Source: Lepidodermella squamata (Eukaryota; Animalia; Gastrotricha). From it: a DNA stretch of 64,000 bases. A program made the position numbers and the translations under genes. Numbering within the stretch: the first letter of the stretch is position 1; every line of letters begins with the position of its first letter. The stretch is taken from positions 558,001 to 622,000 of the forward strand of contig JBLDXI010000028.1 in assembly GCA_047495785.1 (NCBI GenBank), written 5' to 3'. Below, piece after piece: positions 24,159 through 36,499 of the stretch. The notes under the pieces were generated by a model. That model had not been told where the DNA came from and did not search any database. It was given only the letters and a program-made list of their open reading frames with translations.

Positions 24159-25717
24159 TATTTAATTCAAGTAAAATCATAAATCAGATAGGCTTGTTTG
24201 TAACAAATATTTGAACGCGCTTCTAGCATTACTATCAACTCGTATCCTCAATCTGACAATTCCACGAGATTCTACGCAAAAAACTGAGTAATTCTATGTG
24301 TTACTCGACCTAAATTGGTTTTGGTGATGCAAAATAAATTGAGTGCAATAAAGCAATAAATTTATTAATTAGTACTAATTATCTCCGGAAGTATGATGGC
24401 TATTGAAATTCTGAAAGCAGATTCTGATTCCTCGTGAAAAACTACCCCTTCCGGGGTTTCTAAGGGGGGTTTCGACATGAAAAGAAGCGGTTTTGCCGAT
24501 TTCTTTGAGATTTTTATTTTTATAATCCAATTAATTGATCAATTCAATAGCCGGAAACCAAATTTTGATTGCGCGATTTCTTCACAACCATTCACCCTGT
24601 TTTGATGAAAATTTGGGCTCTAGGGTAACTTTTTACGCTGAACAAGATGATACGAACCGTTAATTGATAGAGACCATTGGATGAGCGCAAATCGATAATC
24701 GATAATCGATAATCAATCAGTTTCCTGTTATGCATGCAATTTGCAAATAGCGAATAGATTTTTCTTAACAAAGCATCCTCCTCATCGAACAAAATGCTTA
24801 GAAAAAAGAATGCAATAGAAGAAAAAAAGAAATAGGAATGAACGTAAGCCGATTCGCAGATTGTCTTGTCAGAACATCTATCATAGCCGATTAATCGGGC
24901 GATTAATCGATGCCAGGAAAGACGATTTTGGGACGAGCGCCATGATTAAAATTCGATTCGACTTAATCGTGATTTAATCGCGATTAGCCAAAATCGGAGC
25001 GCATCACTATTCACCGCTTGGTTTATTGCTGCTGCTGGGGAAAATATCGTTCGTTGAAAAACCAAAAGGCGATGAAATATCAAAAACCGACTCCGTATTA
25101 CACCAGTGACTGATTTATTTTCCAAGTGAAAAAGTGAAAAATGACCAAAATCCCTGCCGCTGTCCAATTTATAGTTGTTGCATCATTGTTTGACGTGTAT
25201 TTATTGATTGTTAAACAATATAGGAAAGAAGGAGAAAAAACTAGCAAGAAACAGAGCTGTACAGGCGAGAGGTTAAACGGCCGACTATTTGTTTGCTCGA
25301 TAAAAACTTGAATGAAGTCGTTGTACCAACTGATAGAAAAAAATAGTTTTCAGGGGAGAATTAATCGCGGCCTAGTTGCTCATTGGTTTGAGCGCTAGCC
25401 TCGATTATTGAAGTTCGATTCCACAAGGCTCCGCTTTTTTTTCTTCGTGAATGTGTGATAGCAAAAAAAGCTTATTTGAATTAGCGTATTTGAATGTTCG
25501 TTTGTGGCATGGGTCCCGTCAAATTCAAATAAGCAAATTATCAAAAACGACTGGGCAACGTTTTTTGCAAAATCAAGTAGCAAACACGAGTCTGTGACCC
25601 GCCCTTATAGCAAATTCTTCGAGCAAAGCTTTATTTCTTTTTTGTTATTCACTGCGCTGGGATGAGTTTCAGAAATACCCAGCACCCAGCAGCATACATT
25701 CCATTGAAAAAATAGAT

Positions 25718-27064
25718 GGGTGTGCCAACTGCACCTACTAAAAATAAGGTTCCAGCACTAAATTTAAGGTTCCAGCACTAAATTTGAAAGTCACTCCCAC
25801 TAATCCTATTCAACACTAAATAAGCAACTCTAACACTAAATATACAAAGCCACCACCTAATTCGTGGATAGGAATGCCATCATGCCGCACTAGCGAGGCC
25901 GCTGGAGAGCAGTTACTTCGAGGATTTGCCAATCGACCTGGGCCCTATTCCCTATCCCGAATACCCAATCAATCAACCATAAACACTTGCTTTTTCACAC
26001 TTTGACACTGCGCAGATTTGGTGGTAATGTCCGCCGCTAATCGCAAGCAGGGTCACAAGTCAGGCATCACTTGTAGGTCAAAGGTCAAAAGTTTTCTAGG
26101 CCGTAAAAAATGTGCGCATATGCAAATAAGGCAGGATGTTGAAATTTAAGTTACGTTGGGAGGGCCTCTTTCAGGATGGACGCATTGTTAGTTTACCTTA
26201 GTCATGGGCAAATACTATTTAATTCTTTGCTAGACGCTGTAGGGGCTACTTTGATTTGCCCGACCGGCGCGGCTCTGAGCCAAATTCCCCAGTAACTTAG
26301 GGGGATTCTTTGCTACTACAGCCACTCACCTCCTGCTAAAACGAGACGTGGCAAACCATTTCAGTCCTATCTCTACCCTATGCATTTCAAAAGGTGAAAG
26401 GTGACTGTGAAAGCGACTATTGCGCAACACCTTCAAATAAAGACTGCGATGATAGAGATTGCCACGTCTCAGTTAGCTATAATTACTCTTGAAGCTGATA
26501 AGTTTCAAAGTTTCGGGTAAAGCCCACTCAGGGCCCACTGTGATGGTCCCGCGTAAAAATCCAATGGTGGCGTTCCGTAGCAGAGTTGTAGGCAGTGAGC
26601 AACTTAACAATTCCCAATCGAAAGAGTGTGCCATAAAGTGATGCTAATCTCAACATCATGGCTCATTTGCATAATATGAATTATTTTTAAATCCGTGTTT
26701 CTCTTAAAATTATACAAGCGAGCCTAAAATCGCGTGTGCATCATATCCTAATCCTAACTCCTTAACATTTCTCGGAACCGTAAACCCATGCCTACCTCCA
26801 GCACTATAAAAGTGGCTTGAGCTGCCGGTAATACGGAATACGGTGAAAACCTAGTCATGCATCGTTTGAGGGCGCGTGGTTGAGAATGCCTGAGAGCCTC
26901 GCCTGGGCTTAACAGCAGTAATAGGCACTGAATGCTGATATTTAGTGCTGGAACTCATATTTAGGTGCCCAAATGATTTAGTGCGAGCTGTTTACAAATT
27001 AGGTAAACGCACTCTCAAATTTAGTGCTGGAACCTCATTTTAGGTGGTGCACTTATTTAGACCC
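25718..27064. mobile_element. Non-autonomous MULE-type DNA transposon, 1347 bp, copy 2
   Basis: Same sequence and orientation as 16985-18331, with a different 9 bp TSD (aaaatagat). Confidence 0.93.
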
Positions 27065-27161
27065 AAAATAGATTCGAAGTAAATTCGTTAGCTGGCACGT
27101 GTTTTTCACCCTATTTTTTGTTTCATTCATGTGATTTTTTTCATCAAGCAGTCACAGCAAA

Positions 27162-28604
27162 ATGGATCTTAAATTTTCCAAGCTCAGCTTTGTGATTTTT
27201 CTTTCCATCGCTATCAATTTCATCACATTTCTGCTGTTTTCTTCTCGGTTTAAAAGTATTGTCGTAGTCTCATATTTACGGAAAGAATTTGCCTTCGAAA
27301 ACACTATCCATGTTGATGCATTTGCTAGCTGCCGTAAGCTGTTCACGGAAACTATCAATGCCCGCCAGCCCCACTTGCAGCCATCAACGCCATGGCCTGC
27401 CAGCATATTTTCAAGGGATGAAGCCAATAGCAGCTACGTTTATGTTATCCTAATAACACAGAGATTCGTCAACGACTTTAAATTTAACAAAGCGTTGACT
27501 ATGCCAGTTTTTCGATCATGGGCCTTCAACACAAGCTGGCAAATTCAAGACGAGTCTTCGGCAACTTCGAATTGCTACGTTATACCACCGTTGCTTAGCG
27601 AAACTTTCGACGCAAATGAAGAATTTGAGAAAAAGCTATCCACTCACCCTGAGAGAACGGCGTTCGTTTTGAAATGCCCGGTTCGTCATCAAGGATTGAA
27701 GAAAATATCTGTCATGGCAATTGGGAGAACTTCAAAATTTAACGAAATTAGTGCTGATTTACCGGTTTGCCAATTGGATCTTCCCAGGCCAAGCTATAGA
27801 CTAGTCGCATGTACACTGGTTGCGCAAGATCATTTATACCGAATCCCGGAATGGATCGAGTACCATTCATTGATTGGGTTCGATTATTTTCTCTTGTTCG
27901 TAAATGGCGACTCAACGGAAAAATTTGACCGGTTTCTTGAAGTCTATGTTCGGATGGGTATTCTTCATTTGGCTATGTTTTACCAACAAGTTCCCGTTCG
28001 TTCCCCAGGACAGGTCGCTCAGGTTCCAGCTCAACTAGAGTGTTTGTATCAAATGAAAGGAAGAGCAGACTGGTTGGCTATGACTGACGTTGATGAATTT
28101 ATTCAATTTTACCCCGGAAATAATTCGAGGAATTCTTCAACCTTGCTGAATTACTTGAACGCGGTACACAAGGAAGAGCCAAAAGTAGGAGCCGTTATGT
28201 TTCGAAATTGGTTTTTCGGCTATCGAGCTGGGCGAGAACCTTGGCAACGGGAAAATCTCGAAAAACGCGTACACTTGGATAAAATCCGCATGAGAATGAC
28301 GATTATGACTCGAAGGGCGATAAATTATACCTACGCGCCAATGAGACAACATAAAATGGTACTGCGAGTGGAAAATGCGCGACACTATGCTGTTCACGAT
28401 TTGACAGATGGCGGGGTGGTCATAGAAGCTAACCCCGTCACCGATGCGAGGCTTGTTCATTATCGAGAGCCTTACAAGTACAAGACTTACCGTCAACAAT
28501 TCTTGAAAGGCAAGGCGCCGCTCGACGTTAGCATGGCGACTGGTTACGGTTATGCTGTACGGCAACGTTTGCTATCTCATGGATTTGAAGTTGAAGATAA
28601 TTAA
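27162..28604 (+). CDS. Glycosyltransferase family 92 (DUF23), intronless, type II membrane
   Basis: N-terminal TM; LVACT...IPEWIEYH.LIGFDYF; QLECLY...WLAMTDVDEFI; K...VH...LVHYR. Confidence 0.88.
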   Translation: MDLKFSKLSFVIFLSIAINFITFLLFSSRFKSIVVVSYLRKEFAFENTIHVDAFASCRKLFTETINARQPHLQPSTPWPASIFSRDEANSSYVYVILITQRFVNDFKFNKALTMPVFRSWAFNTSWQIQDESSATSNCYVIPPLLSETFDANEEFEKKLSTHPERTAFVLKCPVRHQGLKKISVMAIGRTSKFNEISADLPVCQLDLPRPSYRLVACTLVAQDHLYRIPEWIEYHSLIGFDYFLLFVNGDSTEKFDRFLEVYVRMGILHLAMFYQQVPVRSPGQVAQVPAQLECLYQMKGRADWLAMTDVDEFIQFYPGNNSRNSSTLLNYLNAVHKEEPKVGAVMFRNWFFGYRAGREPWQRENLEKRVHLDKIRMRMTIMTRRAINYTYAPMRQHKMVLRVENARHYAVHDLTDGGVVIEANPVTDARLVHYREPYKYKTYRQQFLKGKAPLDVSMATGYGYAVRQRLLSHGFEVEDN

Positions 28605-29467
28605 CATCGTTTTTACACTTTTGAATCAGCATTAAACATTAAAAGTGAAATAAAAAAATATTCTGTGCCTTTCGCTCTTCTTTGTCAAAGCTCCACAAGA
28701 AGAAGACTGCCTTGTTGTTCGCATTTGAAACCGCTCTATTAGCCCTATTTCCCGTTGTATTGCGATCTGAAAGGCGCCAATTGTTCTACTCCGGTGGATC
28801 GGAATAAGGCGGTAAAAAGCGCTGCAAATTTTGAATCGTGAATGTATGAAAACTTAAGCGGTTGCAATGACTTCCGCTTTGCCCAGCCACCTAGTATTCA
28901 GTTTGTTGGAAATTCCTCTCACCCGCGCGACTGACTCATTTATTACCCTGTCATTTAGTTTTATGATATGGCGTCATTTAATGATAGCAGTGCCGTTGAG
29001 TTGATCATGTTTTTACCTGGAACAGAGCCTATATAAAAGACGATCTGAATGAATGATACTGTTGGTTATTCTCAGTTAAACTGGTGGACTCTTATACGCA
29101 GGCTAACACGTATTTTCTAAATAGTTTTTTTCGGAAAACGCGTGCTGTTTGATAAATCATTACACACCTTGGAAATGTTGTTTGTGAAGTGTGGGGGCCT
29201 AAAAGCGGATGGTTTGAAAATAGCTTCGTAATTACTTAACGCTATCCAAGTTTAAAACGGATGCGAATGCCTTGCACCGCATTGAAACCCCGCTTCGCAA
29301 CTTGCAGCAATATTCTGATCATTCCCTCATGTTAAACTGCCCACATGTCTTAGATAAGGAGTTATGGCCGAATTCAATTCAATCGCTAATCTGTTTACAC
29401 CATGTGTTTAGAATTTGGAGCGTATTCACTCACCTGACTTACCTGGCGTATTCAGGAACCGAAAAGG

Positions 29468-29908
29468 ATGAAAACAGTGTTGGTTTACATTTTGTTCTTA
29501 ACTGGCTTCGTGTACGGAGGAGCTGATTGGGGTGAATTCAAGGAAAACGGCTGTATCTCGGCCGAAGGCGAGCGTCCGGTGCGCAGTTACCTGTCTCTTC
29601 TTGGCGATATTCCGGTGGGCAAAACCTGGGAATCGGTGTGTGAAGGCTTGTCGGCGACCGTAAACGGCACCTTCTTCCCGCATCCGACAGCCTGTGTCAA
29701 AACAAACGTCCTCGATCCCTCAGCGATTACTACTGCTATTCTTAACGCGATCACCCCGGCACTACCTGCAGCAGTCGCTGATGCATCAGCCATAGTTGGT
29801 GATGCTACCTATTATATTGCTATCATGCCTTCTAAAGGCTGGAGTGGTCTGAAAATGTGGGGCATTTTCTACATTGCTGACAGTTCTTGCTCGATCTCTC
29901 CAAAATAA
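29468..29908 (+). CDS. Small secreted 4-Cys protein of unknown function, intronless
   Basis: Signal peptide; W....GC....R.Y...L.DIP.G..WE..C....ATVNG..F..P..C...MWG.F...D..C pattern. Confidence 0.75.
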   Translation: MKTVLVYILFLTGFVYGGADWGEFKENGCISAEGERPVRSYLSLLGDIPVGKTWESVCEGLSATVNGTFFPHPTACVKTNVLDPSAITTAILNAITPALPAAVADASAIVGDATYYIAIMPSKGWSGLKMWGIFYIADSSCSISPK

Positions 29909-30080
29909 TTATCGACTACTGATTTATTGACACATTTTTATCTATGACCATAATATTATCCGTGATGTGTAGGACAGCTGTAAAATGAGCATGATTATTA
30001 CAATTTAATGTCATCATGTAGATATTACCTAACAAAGAAAGTAGGAGATAACCTCAGCAATAAATTAGGTCATTCGCCAC

Positions 30081-30966
30081 CATAGACATAATTTAGGATT
30101 TAGGATAGACTGCTTACTCACGAGAAAAAGAGTGCTACGCCAGATGGTCAGCTTATTCATCAACTCTTGGAGGTAAAATAAACAATATATTCGATTGATT
30201 TTTAGCTGGTTCCGCGCTTATCATGGTTTCTTTTAAAATTCAGAAATTGGTCAATAAATTCAGAAAGAGGGCGTCACGAGGAACACGCTGGTTATTTTTT
30301 CGAAATTTTCGGAACCATAGAAACGAGTTGAGGCAAAGAAATTAGGATATCGCTCGTGAAATAAAGGTAATTAAAACCGTTAATTAATAAGTTGAAATTG
30401 AAGCAGTTTTTGAATAGTCCAAGTAGCTCGCATCATGGTCTTCATTTCGATACTTGGAGCGAGCTTGGACGATTTTTACTGAATTTTCAGGAATTTTAGA
30501 AAATGAATTTTAACCTCCATCAGCTATACAAAAATGGAAGGTTACACTCTAGAACCTTTATTGACAGCACGTGCGCCACACTCATATTGCGTAGCTGGAG
30601 AAAGGTCATAGCTGGAATTTAATGCAAAATTTTGTTGAATTCCCAGGAAATTAGTAAAAAATCGTCCAAAAGCTCGCTCCAAGTATCGAAATGTAGACAA
30701 TGATCCCGAAAATCAATTTTATTTGTAACGGCGAAACCATTTTTCGTCGATAGCACCAGTTGAGATTTCTACAAACATTTTGAAAAAATAACTAGCGTGG
30801 TTCTTGTTATTTCTTCTGTCTGAATCCATCACTCATACATGAAGAAATATTGAAACCGTCTCGGAACCAGCTAAAAACCAATCGAACCTCCAAATCAGCT
30901 GACCATCTGGCGCCCATGGCGTAGCACCCTTTTAAGTAAGCATTCTATCGTAAAATTATGTCTATG
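30081..30966. mobile_element. P-element-like foldback MITE, 886 bp
   Basis: catagacataattt...aaattatgtctatg termini, 8 bp TSD ttcgccac, and long internal inverted repeats (tttcgatacttggagcgagctt / aagctcgctccaagtatcgaaa). Confidence 0.88.
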
Positions 30967-31227
30967 TTCGCCACAGGCCCAGTTCAATTTTCCAATTTGA
31001 AAGCGATACACGTTCAAATATACACGCCCGATGACATTCGGGCAAATTAACACGTGAACAAAAGATTGGATCCATGTTTAATTTTAAATGGTACATTTAA
31101 TCTGCTGGCTGTTGGAAGAATCAAAACTGGCGGGAAAATTTTACCTAGCAATCATTAAAAATATTAACAATTTTCGCTCATTCACACCAATAATGAGCCA
31201 AGTTTCGAGTTAATATGTTCAACATTT

Positions 31228-32997
31228 TTATTTGAATTTATCGCGTTGCCAAGCGCGCAGTTTTACAACAATCTCAGGAGAAATGTCTTTCCCATCGCGA
31301 TCTTTCGTCGGCACCTCGGCTCCAGCGTCCACCAATATTTTCAGTACTTCATCAGGCTGGCCTTGGAAGATGGCCGTCATCAAAGGCGTGCTTTTCCACG
31401 ACCTACCGACCGCATTCACATTCGCCCCTTGCTCGATCAAAAAACGCAGATTGGCCAACCTTTGATCATAACAGTTTGAGTAATCATTTTCCCTGCTGAT
31501 TCTTCCGACGAGAAAATTGTTAAGGAAAGACGACCCTGTACCTCGCTGATCTTCCAGCGAAGCGCCATGTTGGAGCAAGAGTTTGATAAGTTCCTGATTG
31601 AATGTTCTGCGTGACATAGCGCAGTATAACGGATGTTCGCCGGAGAGGGAGCAATAACTTTGCACTGATGCGCCGTGTTCAAGAAGAAGCCGTGCTGTTT
31701 CAACGTCGTTGTGCTTGCAAGCCTTCATCAATGCAGTTCGGCCGCGTCGCGATGGCAAATCAGCTTCGGCTCCATGGTCAAGAAGCCATTTGATTTTGAC
31801 ATATTTATCGTCGCTATAACTGCGAGCCGATAGATAGACGGCATTTTTACCTTTGTCATCCAAGGAGTTGATCATGGCATGGCGTTCGTTAGGTGGACAG
31901 CTGTCAAGCAAACGCTGAGCTTCAACCAGAACCTTATCGACAGACTTGTGACATCGGATGTCAACCAAGTACCGGAACCTTGCAAACTAATGATAGAAAG
32001 TTGATTAAATTACGGAGTGTATTTGCTCTAATTAAAGCACGCTTACGTCATGCTGCCTCTTCTTCAGTTGCTTGACTGCACTTGGAAAGATGAATCGAAG
32101 TCGCAAGGATGGATGGTCATCGCGGCAAGCCAAAAAGCGGAAGCCGGTGGGATAGTTTTCAAGAAGGGGCGTTTGGTCAGTTGCGCAGTAGAAAGCCTGC
32201 TTTACTGGAACCCTCGCTAGAATTCGACCGCCGAAGTCAAGCAGATGAATTTGGTACTCGTAGCCATCTTTTTGATCTGCTGGGCATTCGACGCGAAGTG
32301 GGAATTTCAAAATGTCAAGAATCTAAACGCAATGCTTCAACAATTGAGAACTTTATCGAATTTCAGCTTTTACCTCTACTTCAAATGGTTCCAGCAGTAT
32401 TCGGAAAGATAGCAGCCACCATCTGGCCCATCCGTCTTCGTTGTGCGCTGTTGCAACGGCCAGGCGGTTCCATTTTGGCGATTGCGAAGCCGTTACGCTT
32501 CGGAAAACCGCTGCCGGGGTGCAGTTGTAGCCGTTGTATCGAAAAACATGATTTTTCTGCGATTTCTCCATGGGTATACCCTGGCGAAAAGAATCGGGGC
32601 GGAACAAAGACCCGAAACCTGACGTACTCGGTTTTGTGATAAAATCGCGTAATTTTGAAAGGATCAACTGATCGCCTCGCAGGGCAAAAAGCCGTCGAAC
32701 TGCTTCATGGCCGAATTCTCGGATGAAAAACTGCTGCCAGAAGTATTCGCTAGAAATCAAGGCGTGCCAATTTTTGCAGACAACGTTGCATGTGAGAAAT
32801 ATTTGGTCGATTGGCAACTGCAAAATGATCGACACGAGAATTTCCGGCGGCAACTGGGAAATGAAACGATTTTCGCTAGGTTTCGGTACCGGAGGAACAA
32901 CGCATTTGCGTCCCGAGCGTAGTAGCATTACCCAAGCTGCTAAAATGTAAATAGCCTGCTGAACTGAAAACTGCTCCAGAGATTTCTTAAAAGTCAT
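31228..32997 (-). CDS. F-box + FBA-like + ankyrin-repeat protein (3 or more exons; start uncertain)
   Basis: F-box LPPEILVSI...VCKNW; FBA-like ILD...YEYQIHLLD...ENYPTGFRF; ankyrins GRTALMKAC, GEHPLY and TPLMTA. In-frame introns 32373-32323 and 32046-31987. Confidence 0.75.
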
Positions 32998-34193
32998 TTT
33001 GCTTGATCGTACCCATCGCACACTAGACGATTTGGCATCAGTTGGCGTCAAGCTGATTCATAAAAAGATAATTTGAGGGTTGATCATAGAGCTATGGGTT
33101 GCGTCACTCATGGTTCTGGATCTATTCCATGCTAATTTCTGCTATTTCTGTGAATTCATCCTCAAAATTGCAAAGACCAGTATGCTCAAAAATTCTGCAA
33201 CTTCAAACCAAGGTGGGCAAGCAGATGCAAGATTAATTCTTGTTTCCCAGAAAATGTCTAGAATTTAATGTTTTCAACCAAAATTTGTTCATTTAAAATG
33301 TGCTTGTCCAACTCATCGAAAGAACTATCGGGCATAAAGAGAGAGAACGAGACAGTTACGCAAAGCGATTCAGAAATCTGTCGGCCTCTGAAAATTAAGG
33401 GTGATTTTTGAAATATATTAACTTATTGTATACGGCTTGAGATAATGACACCACTTTCCTTTTCGCCCAGGTATGCGATCGCCACGGTCCCCCGTTCCAT
33501 GATGGCTTGTTACTCACTGTAAAGAATTTCCTAATCTCATTTCCATTTTAGCTGAGCTTTTCCAATGACTTCTATCACCTCAATGTAGGGCTTCAAAATA
33601 AATTAATTAGTCAATTGAAAATCTGGAATATTGCGTCAAAAATTCAGTGTTTCATGTTTGCTGATTAGATTTCAGTTATAATTCACTCGGAAAATCACAT
33701 TTCCAAATTAATCATACCTTCTAAGCCCAAGCTAAATTTCAGGTCAGCTCGATCATTTACGGTTCAGCAGAAAAAGAAAACCAAGCTGCAAGCGTTGGAT
33801 TATTTTATTCAAAAAAAATATTCCGCGAAAAATACGCTTTAAAGCATTAAAACAGTCGTAACAGCTATGTGGCAGTCTCGATTGATAATAAATAACAGAG
33901 CACATAGCTATCAATTGCTTCACCGTGCTCGTCTTTAAAATGTTAACATGCCATCAAAAAATAATCAGAGAAAAATTAAAGAACGAGAAAAATCAAAGTT
34001 TCAAATTTAGAAACCCGCAAATAGGAGCTTCTCGGAACGTCTAAAACAAGAAAATGCTGTTTTTCACGGTTTGAAACCGTCTAAAATACACGTGTTTATA
34101 TCGTCATCGACTAAAATAGACAAAAAAAAATATCGGTTAATGTCAATAAATAGTCTTTTGTTGGGGAGACTCGAGCCGTCCCTCATAAAATTT

Positions 34194-35229
34194 TCACTTG
34201 TTACGGCCAACAAAGCTCGTCATTGCTTCGCTTGTTCCAAGGGTATCGGCCAATTTCATCACAAACGGCATCGGCAAAGCACTGAAAATTGATTTTTTTG
34301 TCACATTTTAACGTTAGAAAATTTCCAAAAAATCTTTTACTATTTAAGAACAGCAACGATGCGAAGCCAGCCCGGCAGCATGACAATTGGCGTATCGGTC
34401 AAAACAGCATCAACCGTTGATTTGGCAACCGATTCTGGCGTTAAATAAGGCAGGAGCCATTGGAACTTCAGTGAAATTCCATGGAACATTCCAGTGTTGA
34501 TAAAATACGGGCAGACAAGGGTTTGCTTAATCGCATCAGTCTTGTAGTGGCAACGAAGCTCGAAGGCCAACGTTTCGGCAATGCCAATTGCGGCGTATTT
34601 CGACGCTCCGTAGTCGACTAAACAAGTTGAAGCCGCTGAAATGCCAGCCATCGATGCAATCGTTACGATGTGACCCTTTTGACGACGCAACATATCAGGC
34701 AGGAACGATTTAATCATCTGGAAAATTTCGTAATAATTTCGAAAAAAATCTACCCTCCAAATTATACCCAAAAGTGACAAATAGCGTTGATCTTCATAGT
34801 GCGATCGATATGGGCTGAATCATCGAGATCTAAGAACGGCTTTCCAGAAACAATACCAGCATTATTGACCAAAATATCAACAGGCCCAACTTCGCTCTTG
34901 ACTTTTTCGTTAGTAGCGTAAACTTGTTGCTTGTCGGACAAATCGCAAACGTAAGTGTTGACAGTTTCTGCGCCGGCATCGCGGCATTCCTTAGCAGATG
35001 CGGACAGCCAGTCTTTGTTGATGTCAATCAAAACCATTTTACAGCCGTGTGCTGAGAATAATTTAGCCATAATGCGGCCAATGCCAGACCCCGATCCAGT
35101 AACCAAGCATACTTGGCCTTTAATGTTCTTAGCTCGGAGAGAAACTGGAATGAAGGTCAGAACGATTGCTCGCAATACCGAGACGATAAAATTCACCAAC
35201 AGGAGCAAAAATTCTACAGCTGGATGCAT
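34194..35229 (-). CDS. SDR16C-family dehydrogenase (SDR16C5/RDH10-like), 3 exons
   Basis: N-terminal TM, TGSGSGIGR, NNAGIVSGK, DYGASK, VCPYFINTGMF and C-terminal MTSFVGR. Confidence 0.92.
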
Positions 35230-35334
35230 TTTTCAAACAAAAAATAAAACAAAAACCTAGGAAAAAATTTCATTGATTTAAAAATTTGAACATCAAAGAA
35301 AATGAAAGCGAATAGCAATTGCCCCCTGTTCAAG

Positions 35335-36250
35335 CTATTTCTTTCCGAAGAAAGATGAGATGCTTTTCATGCCGGATTTGTCGGCTTTGAGCAACTTCTG
35401 TTGACCGGTTGAAAGTTTCGACTTCTTTGATTCTGGCTGATGAGCGCTGTCATCGGCTGGTTCTTTGTTATTACGGCCCATGACCATACTTGCAAAGATA
35501 GGAACTGTAGATGGCTCGTCTTCTTTCACTGGGACACTATAATTGAAGTTGTTTAGGCATTTCGAATCAGGTTATCGACAATACTCACTTCATTTTAGTG
35601 CGGAGCGCTGCTTCGAGATCGGCAGGAATGTAATCGCAAATCAATTCAGTGGCTGATCTCAATAAAAATTCTTGCGGAATTTCCTTATTGAACAGTTCGA
35701 GTTGTGCTTTCGCAGCTTCAACTTTACCCTTCAACCATGCAACTGCTTTTTCTTCGTTCAACTTGTAGTAAGAGTCTCCATCGACTTTCTTGGAATCAGC
35801 ATAGAAATCGAGGCTAGCTAACGACAAGGCTTGCATCAAATCCGCCTTCTGGGTTGCAATCATTTCATTTCCAAGAATAACATCCAGTGACTGAAAATTG
35901 CGGCTCTTTTTACTTTCAGCAAGGCAGCTCAGGTAGAAGAAGTTGGTATCAATTGGTGAGATCATATACATTCCGTGATCTGAAACGACGCTTTCGTTGT
36001 AGAACCACGATCCAACTGAGCACGCATCATCCCAACGGAGAATTTCGTAGAAACGTTTGCCTGCTGCTACATAAAGGGTGGCCAAGCCAGTCTTCGGATT
36101 TTTCAAGTACTTCACCTGCCTGTCGGTGCTCTCTCGGACAGCTGATGCTAAACAAGATCCAGCTTTACAATTCGTACACCTCAACCATCAAAACTCACGA
36201 ATAACGACAACGTTCTCCTTTGTGTCACTGCTCTTCACGGGCGGACCCAT
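35335..36250 (-). CDS. RNASEH2B: Ribonuclease H2 subunit B, 3 exons
   Basis: L.NPKTG..TLY...GSWF...V.SD..MY..SPID..F, LNEEK.VAWL..KV and a C-terminal PIP box (DKSGMKSISSFF). Confidence 0.9.
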
Positions 36251-36499
36251 TTTTCACGACAAAATAAAATCTACGAAGATGACAACACCGAAAAATTAGT
36301 CCAACAGGTGTGGCTAGAGGGTTTCAAGTGCGAAGTATCGAGACGAAGTGTTCTGTTGCATAACAATAATGATTTGCTACGATAAGTAGAACAACAAACC
36401 CGATAGTCGCGTACAATGTTGAGCTGCCAAGTATCAAGCTGAGCTCCGTACAAACCCCAGTCATCTCGGCGTAACAGGTGTGTAAACCAACTGAGATCC

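Noticed and set aside
18480-25400. Helitron capture of the right arm plus the TBP-like segment
   Set aside because: No convincing 5'-TC and hairpin-CTAG termini found.
25368-25432. tRNA gene
   Set aside because: A/B-box-like motifs only; too short for a cloverleaf.
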